In this document: positions 1-9,447 of the stretch, piece after piece
How the letters are laid out: each line of letters begins with the position of its first letter
How positions within the stretch are numbered: the first letter of the stretch is position 1
From: Rhizobium sp. Q54
Lineage (GTDB): Bacteria; Pseudomonadota; Alphaproteobacteria; UBA7879; VGCX01
Direction of reading: 5' to 3'
Assembly: GCA_945870825.1 (NCBI GenBank)
Contig: CAMBTM010000001.1
Span: 97,618-161,617 of the forward strand
DNA: 64,000 nt
Made by a program: the position numbers and the translations under genes
The notes under the pieces: generated by a model
Seen by the model: only the letters and a program-made list of their open reading frames with translations
What the model was told of the DNA's origin: nothing
Database searches by the model: none

Positions 1-2224
1 ATGCCGATGACAGAAGTGTCGGCCAATGCCAGCGCAATTGAATAAAATGTTTATGGTTTTCCATGGTTAAGATCTTTAATGTGGGAAATTGTGTGTTGGC
101 ATAGGCCGATTTAAAGATTGTTTTCACCCGCACAGCAAGGCCTGCTGTCTTGGCTGGCATTGCAAAGTGTTCTTCATCCCAATAGTTGATTACAACAGCG
201 TTTTCATCTTCAAGAATGGCGCGCTTAACTTTTTCCCACGTCCCGTAGATCTCTTGAGCACGCGCTACCAGGGGTGCAAAAGAAGAAAAGGCCTTGTGTC
301 CCTCACAAAGTTTTGGGTCCCATAAGGTCGAAAGGGCTTGAAAATCACCCCGATTGGAAGCCTCTTGAATGTCTTTGAGAAGAGTTAAGGAACGCTCTGC
401 CCGTTGGACGTGATGATCGATGGACAGCCCGGATACCATTTCATGGCGAAAAAATGACCGATGGAAGAGAGGGTTTTTCTCCCACCATCCCAAAAGAATA
501 CCCTGATTATCTTCATTTTTGATAATGTTTTGAGCCTCTTCCACTTTTTTGGCCATTTTTTCAGCCATGGTTAAGGCTTGTTTTTGATCCCCTGTGCGTG
601 AAAATTTTTCAAGGGTCAATCGCTCTGCTTCCCACAAGGCAAGGAGTTTCTTGTCGTCTCCTTGGGCGTAGGCTAGGTTAAAAAAATGCCAGACTTTCAA
701 ATTGTTTTTCGCATCCTCTACGCGTTGAAAAACTGTCTCATGCTTGAGTACAAAAGATTCTGGCCAGCGATAGGCACTCCATGCATTAACAATTCCTTGT
801 TCTAAAGACTCTTCCACATGAGGCGCCCCAAATTGATCGACTTGTGACGCATTTTGGATGGCTTGTTGAAGAAGATCCATCGCGTGAGTTCGTTCCCGAA
901 GGTCTTTCAAAAACTCATGAACTAAGCGATTATTAATACGCTCATGGGGATTGTGGGGGAAATATGCCAGGGCCTCGTGCTCTAACCACCAGGAAAGAAT
1001 TTCGCCATCATTGATGGCATGCTCACATACGTCCTTGAATTGATCCAAAGCCGTCACATAGGCAATAGCCCGACGGATAAAAGTCTCATGCTTTTGAAAC
1101 CGTGGGTTGTTTTGAAGATCCATGTGCATCTGCCACAACCTTGAAATCTCCCTTAAATCTTCCGTATCAATAGCTTTTTGGAAACGGAAGTCCACGTTCA
1201 ATGTCCTCACATGATGTCCTTCTGAAAAGACATCAACCCCGGTTTTTTCCAAACGATCACACCAAAAACAGAAGTCCCCGAAATAAAAATGCTGCATGGC
1301 CCGTTCACATTGTTTGATCTCCCCTAGAACAGACTGAAGAATAGTTTTCCATGTCTCAGCTGTTGGCCGCTGCGATGAATCCTTTAATCCCTCATTAAAA
1401 CACTGCATAAAGGCATCCTGGATTGCTGGATGAAGGGCTTGTTTTCCAATAACATAAGGAGGAAGAACGCCGGAAAAACCCCGTGAATACAAAGAAAATC
1501 CTTGGGCGATTGCTTCATCGCGTGACAAAGGGGGAATGAAGTTTTGGTCGGAAAACCCACTGGAAAAGGGATGGTACCCCAAAAGCAAAAGGTGGATCAG
1601 GATTGCCAACCCAAAATCATCTTGAAAAGGGTGGCGTTCCACTGACCCCAGGTCAACGCCCAATAATTCTGGAGGCGTAAAGCCTTCTGAACCCACAGGG
1701 CAGGAAAATAAATGGTCTTGGGTTTTAATTTGGAAAGAATCCGTATCAATGATGGATACAAGGGCCCGATCCGTCACCAAAAAATTATCCGTCTTCAGGT
1801 CACCAACCACATAACCTTTTGCATGAAGGGCCGCCATGATGGACGCCACATTCATGGCTGTCACATGCAGGTAGTGCCAGGTAAACCCAGGAGCACTAAT
1901 ACGTCTCAATTTCGCGTTATAGATATGGTTTAGCTGTAAGGCCCCCGAGACCCGCGGCATTAAAAATCCCTGGAAGAATCCTTTGTCGTCAAAAAGTAAC
2001 GCCTGCGGCCAGGCAATAGCCCTGTGTCCTTTAGATTCCATAGGGTCATGAGGCGGATGGGCCACCATATGGCGGATTTTCTCAACAGAAGCCCCATCCA
2101 CTTGATGATAAATTTTTGCAAGAGTTTCTGAAAGATGGGTCAGCCATACAGCCCCTTCACCCCCCATATCAAGGCGTTGCTTTAAAAAAATTTCCTGGCC
2201 GTCTTGTGTATAATACTGGGTCAT
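1..2224 (-). CDS. YegI-like Ser/Thr kinase of a TerY-P triad with long C-terminal extension (3' end outside window, >=741 aa)
   Basis: Manually translated; frame is open from ATG 2224 (ATGA overlap with the PP2C stop) to the window edge. Motifs GGEGAVW, LAKIYH, IAWP, GFLMP, VVGDLKTDNFLV, IDTDSFQ, FTPPEL, GYHPF, QRPTAETW and a C-x4-QH-x6-CFWC Zn-finger-like segment. Not in the ORF track because no stop codon lies in the window. Confidence 0.9.
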   Translation of the reverse strand, partial: MTQYYTQDGQEIFLKQRLDMGGEGAVWLTHLSETLAKIYHQVDGASVEKIRHMVAHPPHDPMESKGHRAIAWPQALLFDDKGFFQGFLMPRVSGALQLNHIYNAKLRRISAPGFTWHYLHVTAMNVASIMAALHAKGYVVGDLKTDNFLVTDRALVSIIDTDSFQIKTQDHLFSCPVGSEGFTPPELLGVDLGSVERHPFQDDFGLAILIHLLLLGYHPFSSGFSDQNFIPPLSRDEAIAQGFSLYSRGFSGVLPPYVIGKQALHPAIQDAFMQCFNEGLKDSSQRPTAETWKTILQSVLGEIKQCERAMQHFYFGDFCFWCDRLEKTGVDVFSEGHHVRTLNVDFRFQKAIDTEDLREISRLWQMHMDLQNNPRFQKHETFIRRAIAYVTALDQFKDVCEHAINDGEILSWWLEHEALAYFPHNPHERINNRLVHEFLKDLRERTHAMDLLQQAIQNASQVDQFGAPHVEESLEQGIVNAWSAYRWPESFVLKHETVFQRVEDAKNNLKVWHFFNLAYAQGDDKKLLALWEAERLTLEKFSRTGDQKQALTMAEKMAKKVEEAQNIIKNEDNQGILLGWWEKNPLFHRSFFRHEMVSGLSIDHHVQRAERSLTLLKDIQEASNRGDFQALSTLWDPKLCEGHKAFSSFAPLVARAQEIYGTWEKVKRAILEDENAVVINYWDEEHFAMPAKTAGLAVRVKTIFKSAYANTQFPTLKILTMENHKHFIQLRWHWPTLLSSA

Positions 2225-2952
2225 GCGTCTAAGGCCTTTGCAATGAAAAGGGTTTTGTCATCCCTTGACCGCTCCAAAAGGGCAGGAGACGTTAAGAAAG
2301 CCCGCAACTCGTTTTGAATATCGTCAGAGGTTGGACCGGACGCCAAATAGGTATCAAAAGGTTTAAAAAATCCTTCAAAAGCCCTTTTCTCTTTTCTTTC
2401 AATCCCCACACTTTCCAAGCCGTCTGTGCCAATAGCCAAAAAATCTAGGGGCTCTTCGATCACGAGGGTTTGGACCTTCAAGGTGCTATCTGTGAGGAAA
2501 TTTGTTTCATTAACATGCTGGCCCTTTGGACCCAAAAGCTTCAGCATATAAGACCCTTTCCATCCTGTCACCACAAAGCCATCCCCCACCTGAACCAAAA
2601 ACAATGCCCCTTTTTTCATGAGGAACAAAAGGACCGTGCATCCATAATCATCCAAGGGGAGGCCGGATATCTTTGCTTCAAGGCGGAGTCCTTGTTGTAA
2701 ATTTTCCAGGCAATGTGTGGCGATTTTTGAAAAAGAGGCTGAAGAAAGACCTTGAAAAGAATCCTCTAAAAGATCCATCCCTTCTTTTACAACCCACTGG
2801 GCTGCAAAGGATGCCTGCTTGGCAGAACCCGCCCCATCAGCAATAACTCCGTAAAAACCATCCCGTCTTTGGTGATAGGCATAAGCATCCTCTAATGCTA
2901 ACTTATGAGGATACCCAATTGCAGATTCTGCGCCCATCAACCATTGTTTCAA
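2221..2952 (-). CDS. PP2C-family protein phosphatase (YegK/PphC-like)
   Basis: SAIGYPH, EDA, IADGAGSA, GCT, QVGDG, GQHVNETNF, GTDGL, DDKT motifs; lies between vWA and kinase genes. Confidence 0.9.
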   Translation of the reverse strand: MKQWLMGAESAIGYPHKLALEDAYAYHQRRDGFYGVIADGAGSAKQASFAAQWVVKEGMDLLEDSFQGLSSASFSKIATHCLENLQQGLRLEAKISGLPLDDYGCTVLLFLMKKGALFLVQVGDGFVVTGWKGSYMLKLLGPKGQHVNETNFLTDSTLKVQTLVIEEPLDFLAIGTDGLESVGIERKEKRAFEGFFKPFDTYLASGPTSDDIQNELRAFLTSPALLERSRDDKTLFIAKALDA

Positions 2953-2959
2953 AAGGACC

Positions 2960-3625
2960 TCACGCTGCCCAATCAGAAACAGGAGGAAGCGCCATCATAT
3001 CGCCACTCCCAACACGTCCCGTGGAAACGCGCTTGACGGATGCTGAAACCCATCTGAACAGTTCTTTAAACTTAAGATCCTTCAAGAAAAAAGGTGTGCG
3101 ACCTGGCGGCGTTAGTTTTTCTAGAATCTCTCTGTCTGCCCCTTCAACCCCAACTGGGAAAAAGGTTAGACGATTTTCCTGTTCCAAATGATGAACCTTC
3201 CTGACGGCCTCTTCCCAAATATCCAAGTCCGTTGGGGCACCATCTGTGATGAGAAAGACCCAGGGACGATAATATCCAATCCCTTGTTCATGATAGGTTT
3301 TTTTGCGCTCCGCCAAAACCTCAAGCCCCATTTCAATAGCTTCACCCATAGGGGTTCTTCCAGCAGGCGTCAAAACAGGGGGTGTGAAGTCATCAATTGT
3401 GACAAAAGGCTGCAATGTTTTCACAATAGCCCCAAAGGTCACTAAGCATACTTCTACCCTTAAAGAGGCAAGCGCATCTTGTTCCACATCAAATTTAAAT
3501 TCCGCCAATCCCTCATTTAATGCTTCCATAGGCGTCCCTTGCATGGACGCAGAAACATCTAAAATAAACAATACTGGACAGCGATTTTCTGGATTTTCCA
3601 AAAACTCAGGAACCTGAAGACCCAT
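2960..3625 (-). CDS. terY: TerY/YegL-like von Willebrand factor A domain protein
   Basis: NPENRCP, MIDAS DVSASM, TPMGEA, YYRPWVFLITDGAPTD; AGGAG Shine-Dalgarno upstream. Confidence 0.88.
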   Translation of the reverse strand: MGLQVPEFLENPENRCPVLFILDVSASMQGTPMEALNEGLAEFKFDVEQDALASLRVEVCLVTFGAIVKTLQPFVTIDDFTPPVLTPAGRTPMGEAIEMGLEVLAERKKTYHEQGIGYYRPWVFLITDGAPTDLDIWEEAVRKVHHLEQENRLTFFPVGVEGADREILEKLTPPGRTPFFLKDLKFKELFRWVSASVKRVSTGRVGSGDMMALPPVSDWAA

Positions 3626-3645
3626 TTGTTTTGCTCCTATTCCGT

Positions 3646-3661
3646 GTTAAACTCATCTTAA
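3646..3661 (-). promoter_or_regulatory. Candidate CtrA box TTAA-N7-TTAAC
   Basis: Minus strand reads TTAA-GATGAGT-TTAAC in the divergent terY/tssB intergenic region; AT-rich motif, so a chance match is possible. Confidence 0.35.
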
Positions 3662-3809
3662 TATACGCCTGTTTGACTGTGTTCTCAACAGGCTTAAAAA
3701 AGTAAAAAAAATAGTCTTTTCAAAAAAAGATTTACAGACCCCCCAAGATCATGGCATCCTGTTTATAAGAAATAAAATATAAATCGAGACAAAACGGGGA
3801 GATAAAGTT

Positions 3810-4370
3810 ATGTCCGAAAGTACTCAACATAAATTAGGCCGTGTGCGTCCTCCGCGCGTCCAGATTACCTATGACGTGGAAATTGGTGATGCCATCGAGA
3901 TGAAGGAATTACCTTTTGTCATGGGTATTATGGCGGACCTTTCAGGAGATCGTGATCCTGATCGTGCGATGAAATTATTGAGGGAACGGAAATTTGTTGA
4001 AATTGACCGTGATAACTTCAATGACATCATGGCTGATATTGCCCCCAGAGTGGCGATCCGTGTACCTAATAAACTAGGTGGCGCTGATGCTGCAGCTGGC
4101 GGAGAAGATTCTCAGCTTAACGTTTTATTAAACTTTCGTCATATCGACGATTTTGATCCCGTCAAAATTATTAAGCAAATAGAGCCCATGAGTAAGCTCT
4201 ATGAAGCGCGGACACGTCTTAATGACTTGCTCGGCAAGCTTGATGGTAATGACAACCTAGACGCCTTATTGAGGAATGTTCTAGAACATACAGAAGTACG
4301 GGATGAACTAAAGAAGAATCTCAGCGACGCGAATCCCGCGCCTGCTGAAGATGCTAAACCAAAGAAATAA
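3810..4370 (+). CDS. tssB: T6SS contractile sheath small subunit
   Basis: RVRPPRVQITYDVE, KELPFVMGIMADLSG, RKFVEIDRDNF, IDDFDP motifs. Confidence 0.96.
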   Translation: MSESTQHKLGRVRPPRVQITYDVEIGDAIEMKELPFVMGIMADLSGDRDPDRAMKLLRERKFVEIDRDNFNDIMADIAPRVAIRVPNKLGGADAAAGGEDSQLNVLLNFRHIDDFDPVKIIKQIEPMSKLYEARTRLNDLLGKLDGNDNLDALLRNVLEHTEVRDELKKNLSDANPAPAEDAKPKK

Positions 4371-4408
4371 AAAAAACCTAAAATAATTAGGTTAAGGGAG
4401 GCTTAAGA

Positions 4409-5884
4409 ATGGCAGAAAAAACGCCTGATACAGCAAAAGCACAGACAGAGACTTTGTCGGTTCTTGATCAAGTATTGCAAAAAGGGAAGTTGGTACGTAC
4501 AGAGGACCAGGCCCCTTATGCTCGCAGCTTAGTCGATGAATTTGTTTCACAAATTCTTGAGGCTGGAGATACGGTGAGTACTGATACCATCGCCTTTATT
4601 TCAAAGCGCATTCAAGAGATTGATCTTCTTCTCAGTCAACAGCTCGATGAAATTCTCCATCATGACAATCTTAAGAATGTTGAAGCATCTTGGAGAGGCC
4701 TTCACTATCTTGTCATGAATACAGAGACGGGTGAAAAACTTAAACTAAGACTTCTTAACGCGTCACGCAAAGAACTGCGTGATGACCTTGAGAAAGCTGT
4801 TGAGTTTGACCAAAGCGTTCTCTTTAAACACATCTATGAAGAAGAGTATGGTACCTTTGGTGGCAGCCCCTACTCTGCATTGATGGCCGACTTTGAATTT
4901 GATGGTTCTGCCCCTGACATGTCATTGCTGACGAAGCTTTCGAATGTCGCAGCCTCAGCCCATGCACCCTTAATTACAGCAGCATCCCCACACATTATGG
5001 ATATGGATGACTTTACAGAATTAGGGAAGCCCCGAGACCTTGCAAAGATCTTTGAGGGGACAGACAAAGTGCGTTGGCGTTCCTTTAGGGAAACGGAAGA
5101 TTCACGGTATGTGGTTCTGACACTTCCACGGGTTTTGATGCGCCTTCCTTATGGTCCAACAACCAATCCTGTTGAAGGGATTATGTATGAAGAACATGTG
5201 GATGGTTTAACGCAGAAGACTTTCGTGTGGGGTAATGCAGCCTATATGCTTGCACAACGGATTACCAATGCATTCTCCCTTTATGGGTGGACAGCAGCCA
5301 TTCGTGGCGTTGAGGGCGGTGGTCTTGTGGAAGATCTTCCAGCCTATACCTTTAAGACAACAGATGGTGATATTGCATTAAAGTGTCCAACACAGATTGC
5401 TATCACTGACCGACGCGAGAAGGAACTGAGTGATCTTGGATTCATTGCACTGTGTCACTGTAAGGGTAGCGATAAGGCAGCATTTTTTGGGGGTCAAACA
5501 GCCCAAAAACCAAAGAAATATAATACGCCTCAGGCAACCGCCAACGCCAACACATCGGCACGGATTCCATACCTTTTGGCAGCCTCTCGCTTTGCGCACT
5601 ATATTAAGGTAATCATGCGTGACAAGATTGGTTCCTTCATGACAAAGGACAACGTCCAGAAATACCTCCAAACATGGATTTCTGAATATGTTCTCTTGAA
5701 TGACGATGCGGGACAAGACTTAAAAGCACGTTACCCCTTAAGAGAAGCCCGCGTTGACGTATTTGACATCCCAGGAGAACCTGGCAAATACCGTGCGACA
5801 GTCTTTTTAAGACCACACTTCCAACTTGAGGAATTGACGGCATCCCTAAGACTTGTGGCCGAGCTGCCACCACCAGCAAAGTAA
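4409..5884 (+). CDS. tssC: T6SS contractile sheath large subunit
   Basis: EASWRGLHYLV, YEEEYGTFGG, AHAP, IRGVEGGG, SRFAHYIK, LRPHFQLEEL. Confidence 0.97.
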   Translation: MAEKTPDTAKAQTETLSVLDQVLQKGKLVRTEDQAPYARSLVDEFVSQILEAGDTVSTDTIAFISKRIQEIDLLLSQQLDEILHHDNLKNVEASWRGLHYLVMNTETGEKLKLRLLNASRKELRDDLEKAVEFDQSVLFKHIYEEEYGTFGGSPYSALMADFEFDGSAPDMSLLTKLSNVAASAHAPLITAASPHIMDMDDFTELGKPRDLAKIFEGTDKVRWRSFRETEDSRYVVLTLPRVLMRLPYGPTTNPVEGIMYEEHVDGLTQKTFVWGNAAYMLAQRITNAFSLYGWTAAIRGVEGGGLVEDLPAYTFKTTDGDIALKCPTQIAITDRREKELSDLGFIALCHCKGSDKAAFFGGQTAQKPKKYNTPQATANANTSARIPYLLAASRFAHYIKVIMRDKIGSFMTKDNVQKYLQTWISEYVLLNDDAGQDLKARYPLREARVDVFDIPGEPGKYRATVFLRPHFQLEELTASLRLVAELPPPAK

Positions 5885-5922
5885 GCATGGTGGAAACGGA
5901 TAGAAGATAAAGGATATAAAAA

Positions 5923-6492
5923 ATGGCTTATAATAGTATAGTTCCTGGCATAACTTTTGAATCAAAGAAAGTTGTTTTGACAGCTCCTGGATCAGAGGTC
6001 CTGAAAGGCAGTGTCAAGTGGGATGGTGGTAAAGATGCTTTTAAACAAGGTATTCCCCTTATTGACTTTCCATCTTTTAACAGCAGATCCCCAGGAGAAG
6101 CCTCGTCAACATCAGGGCATCAGACTTCTTCTTTGAGCTATCAGCCTGTTAAAGCTCACATTGTTTTTGATAAAACAACAGCACGTGTTTTGAATCCGCT
6201 TGTTCAAGGGAATAATTTACAAAAAATTGTTATCACTGAGACAGGCCGTGCCAGCAACGTTGGTGAAGTCACGCTTAGAACTTTAACGTTGACGAATGGC
6301 TATTTGGTACGCGTAAGGTGGTATTGGGATGAGACATTGTCTACTGCCATTACGCCTGGCGGTGTCTTGGAACTTTCTTTTATCTATACAGCTGTCAATC
6401 TGACCGCAAATCAGTTTGATGCTAGTATGAATCCAACTGGTGTCAGCACCAGCGGCGCCGATATAACAAAAGCAGCTGTTATTGCTTCATAA
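5923..6492 (+). CDS. Highly divergent Hcp/TssD-like tube protein 1
   Basis: Position after tssC; size 189 aa; Hcp-like pattern (FDKTT..L...QG..LQKIVI, LTLTNG, ELSFIYTAV, FDASMNPTG..SGADI). Confidence 0.6.
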   Translation: MAYNSIVPGITFESKKVVLTAPGSEVLKGSVKWDGGKDAFKQGIPLIDFPSFNSRSPGEASSTSGHQTSSLSYQPVKAHIVFDKTTARVLNPLVQGNNLQKIVITETGRASNVGEVTLRTLTLTNGYLVRVRWYWDETLSTAITPGGVLELSFIYTAVNLTANQFDASMNPTGVSTSGADITKAAVIAS

Positions 6493-6508
6493 AGAATAGG
6501 AAAATATC

Positions 6509-7102
6509 ATGGCCAACCCTAACATTACACCCACATCGACGGCAAATGCCCACTGTTTATTATCTTTCACTGGTATTCCAGGGCCTGTTGTGAGCACAGC
6601 AAGTGGACTCACAGACCCTTCATTCCATGTCGTTTGGTACGAATTTGATATCATGCATCCAGCTGTCAGTGCCGTTGCAGGTGTTCACCAAGGAAGCGGT
6701 CGCATCGCCCAAAGTGCTTTTAGAGTCGTGATTCTTGACCATAACACCACTGGACTTTTTAACGCTTACACAAATGGAAACATTAACCCGACCGTTAAGA
6801 TTGGACTTACACAACGCGTAGGGCCTACGGTATCTCCTCTGCTTGTATTTGAATTAACCAATGTCCGCATATCCGAATTCAGTCAAATGGAATGGAGTCA
6901 AATCAAGGATAGGAAGCTAGAGTTTCCTTTTATCCATGGGCTCAATCTTGAAGATGCACCCAGCTTCAGAGGATCTCGTGTGGTAGAACTATTCCTTGAC
7001 CCACAACAAACAACTGTCTCCTATACACCGATTGGAACAGATGGTACAGTGGAGGGCGTGCTTTCTCAAAAGTATAACGCACTTACATTGGCTATAGCAT
7101 AA
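6509..7102 (+). CDS. Divergent Hcp/TssD-like tube protein 2
   Basis: LSFTGIPG, GSGR, GLFNAYTNG, FELTNVRIS, VSYTP..TDG pattern matches the Hcp fold; lies between tssC and tssE. Confidence 0.7.
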   Translation: MANPNITPTSTANAHCLLSFTGIPGPVVSTASGLTDPSFHVVWYEFDIMHPAVSAVAGVHQGSGRIAQSAFRVVILDHNTTGLFNAYTNGNINPTVKIGLTQRVGPTVSPLLVFELTNVRISEFSQMEWSQIKDRKLEFPFIHGLNLEDAPSFRGSRVVELFLDPQQTTVSYTPIGTDGTVEGVLSQKYNALTLAIA

Positions 7103-7108
7103 AACAAA

Positions 7109-7648
7109 ATGACAGAAAAATGGTCCAAAAAAGGGGCGATTGCGCCCCTTTTTGATAGGCTCACCGATTTTGAACCAACCATAAAGGAGGAAAAAAACCC
7201 CTTTATTACCTATGATGAAGAATCTGTGAAAGCATCAATTCAGCGGGAATGTCTGCGTATCTTGAATACCCGATGCATGTTAACAAAATCCGAATATGCT
7301 GCCCTTGATCCGGATGCCCCTCATTACCGCTTTCCCCGTTTTTTTGGGCTGCCTGATGGCACCTATGCAAATCCTAAAAATGCATCAGATGCTTATGAAA
7401 TGGAAAGAACCATGGCAAAGGCTATTGAAATTTTTGAGCCACGGCTCCAGAATGTCCATGTGTCCATCCATCAGTATGAGGAACTCGAACAAACTCTTTC
7501 GTTTTCTGTGGATGGTGATTTATTAATCGGAGAGGTCAAGAGGCCTATTTCGTTCCCCATTTCTCTTGATAATTTGAAAGAGCAAGGAGAACGTGAGCAA
7601 ATCGCTTATGACACACGGCCCACCATAGAGTTTAAAAAAGAATTATAA
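7109..7648 (+). CDS. tssE: T6SS baseplate gp25-like subunit
   Basis: PLFDRLTD, ILNTR, FGLPD, IEIFEPRLQNV. Confidence 0.9.
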   Translation: MTEKWSKKGAIAPLFDRLTDFEPTIKEEKNPFITYDEESVKASIQRECLRILNTRCMLTKSEYAALDPDAPHYRFPRFFGLPDGTYANPKNASDAYEMERTMAKAIEIFEPRLQNVHVSIHQYEELEQTLSFSVDGDLLIGEVKRPISFPISLDNLKEQGEREQIAYDTRPTIEFKKEL

Positions 7649-7650
7649 TA

Positions 7651-9447
7651 ATGAAAAATTTGCACGAAAAGCATCTGCTCTATTACCAGCGCGAGTTATC
7701 GTTCCTGCGTCATATGGGGGGACTTTTTGCTGCCAAATATCCAAAGATCGCAAAACGTCTAAACCTTAACGAATATCAATCCACAGACCCCCATGTAGAA
7801 AGGCTGATTGAATCGGTTGCTTATCTAACGTCTTATCTTCAAAAAGATATTGATGACCAATTCCCAAGGATTTCTTCTGCCATGCTTGGTGTTTTATACC
7901 CCCACCAGACGAGCGTCATCCCGTCCATGAGTATTGCCCATTTCGATGCCCATTTAGGGACTAGCCTGACGGATGCTTATCGTATCGAACGCGATGCAAA
8001 GCTTTTTTCAGAAAGTGAAACGGGTGAAATGTGTCGTTTTAAAACATGTTACCCTGTGGAGCTTTGGCCTATTGAAATTGATAATGTAACACTTGAACCC
8101 TTGAGTCATTATGACTTTGCAACCCATGCCCTGCAGAAATACTCCCACGCCTTTAAAATCTCTTTAAAGGCTCATGTCCCCCTTGGGTCATTGAATATGA
8201 AAAAGCTTCGGTTTTTTATCAATGCAGCCTCGAAAACAGAAACCAATGCTCTTTATAATATCATCTTTGAAAATGATATGCCCATCGTGGTTCTAGGCGA
8301 TCATTCATCGCATTTCTTGCCCCAAGGGTCCCTCAAGCAAGTCGGATTCAACCGGGATGAAGAAGTGATTCCATCCCCTAAAAACGGTCATCGAGCCTAT
8401 GGTCTTTTGCAGGAATATTTCATGTTTCCCCAGCAGTTTATGTTCTTTGATGTAGACAACTTAAAATTTGACGAGACCTCAACAACCGCCCATATTTTGA
8501 TCCCCATTCTTAACTGGGTGGATGCTAAAGAGATTTACATCCATAAACGTACCTTTCTTTTGGGTTGCACCCCTATCATTAATCTTTTTTCCAAAACCTC
8601 TGAACCCATTCGGCTCAATCACCAAAAAATTGACTACCGTCTGATCGCAGACCATCGCCGTGAATTGACAACTGAAGTTCACAGTATTGACAAAGTGTTT
8701 AGCTCAGGCATTGATGAGGCAGAAGTCAGAGAAATCAGCCCCTATTTTTCTTATGATCATCACGCCCTCAAGTCAACGGATCGCTGTTTTTGGCACGCCC
8801 ACCGTAGACCCAGTGCCAACCCCAGTATACCGGGGACTGATATGATGATTTCCTTTGTTGATCTGGATATGTCGCCCCAAAATCCTGCCGTTGATGTGGC
8901 GTATGCCCGTATTTTATGCACAAACCGTCACCTTGCCACGACATTACCGGCCAATACATTATTACAAGAAGAAGAAAATAACGCCCCCGTCAGTGCCATT
9001 ACGTGCTTGTATCAACCAACAGAACCCGTTTACCCTTCCGATGAAGGGGCCACCCAATGGCAATTAATTTCACAGCTTTCGTTGAATTACTTGTCTTTTT
9101 CATCAGACAAAGAAAGCCTAGGTGCCTTAAAAGAAATCTTGCTTCTTTATGCGGGAGGTCAAGAAGCTGAAATCAATAGCATCAAAGAAATGACCTGCAC
9201 CCAAACCATGAGACGCTTTGGACATGATGCTTGGCGGGGATTTGTTAAGGGAACAGAAATTGCCTTGACCATCGAGGATGCAGGGTCTTCTGCCATGGGG
9301 TCTTTGCTCTTTACCGCTGTTTTATCCCATTTCTTTGGGCTTTATACGTCCATCAATTCATTTGCAACGCTCACTGTTAAGAATACCTCAAAGGAAGGAA
9401 TCTGGAAGCAATGGCCCCCCGTCACCGGCGTTCAAAAACTCCTATAA
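7651..9447 (+). CDS. tssF: T6SS baseplate subunit
   Basis: YYQRELSFLR, YPKIAKRL, DPHVERLIES, LLQEYFMFP, GCTPIINLF, CTNR, SINSF, WPP. Confidence 0.96.
   Translation: MKNLHEKHLLYYQRELSFLRHMGGLFAAKYPKIAKRLNLNEYQSTDPHVERLIESVAYLTSYLQKDIDDQFPRISSAMLGVLYPHQTSVIPSMSIAHFDAHLGTSLTDAYRIERDAKLFSESETGEMCRFKTCYPVELWPIEIDNVTLEPLSHYDFATHALQKYSHAFKISLKAHVPLGSLNMKKLRFFINAASKTETNALYNIIFENDMPIVVLGDHSSHFLPQGSLKQVGFNRDEEVIPSPKNGHRAYGLLQEYFMFPQQFMFFDVDNLKFDETSTTAHILIPILNWVDAKEIYIHKRTFLLGCTPIINLFSKTSEPIRLNHQKIDYRLIADHRRELTTEVHSIDKVFSSGIDEAEVREISPYFSYDHHALKSTDRCFWHAHRRPSANPSIPGTDMMISFVDLDMSPQNPAVDVAYARILCTNRHLATTLPANTLLQEEENNAPVSAITCLYQPTEPVYPSDEGATQWQLISQLSLNYLSFSSDKESLGALKEILLLYAGGQEAEINSIKEMTCTQTMRRFGHDAWRGFVKGTEIALTIEDAGSSAMGSLLFTAVLSHFFGLYTSINSFATLTVKNTSKEGIWKQWPPVTGVQKLL

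Noticed and set aside
89-1933. Short plus-strand ORFs suggesting the first 2.2 kb is nearly non-coding
   Set aside because: The region is fully occupied by the minus-strand kinase frame.
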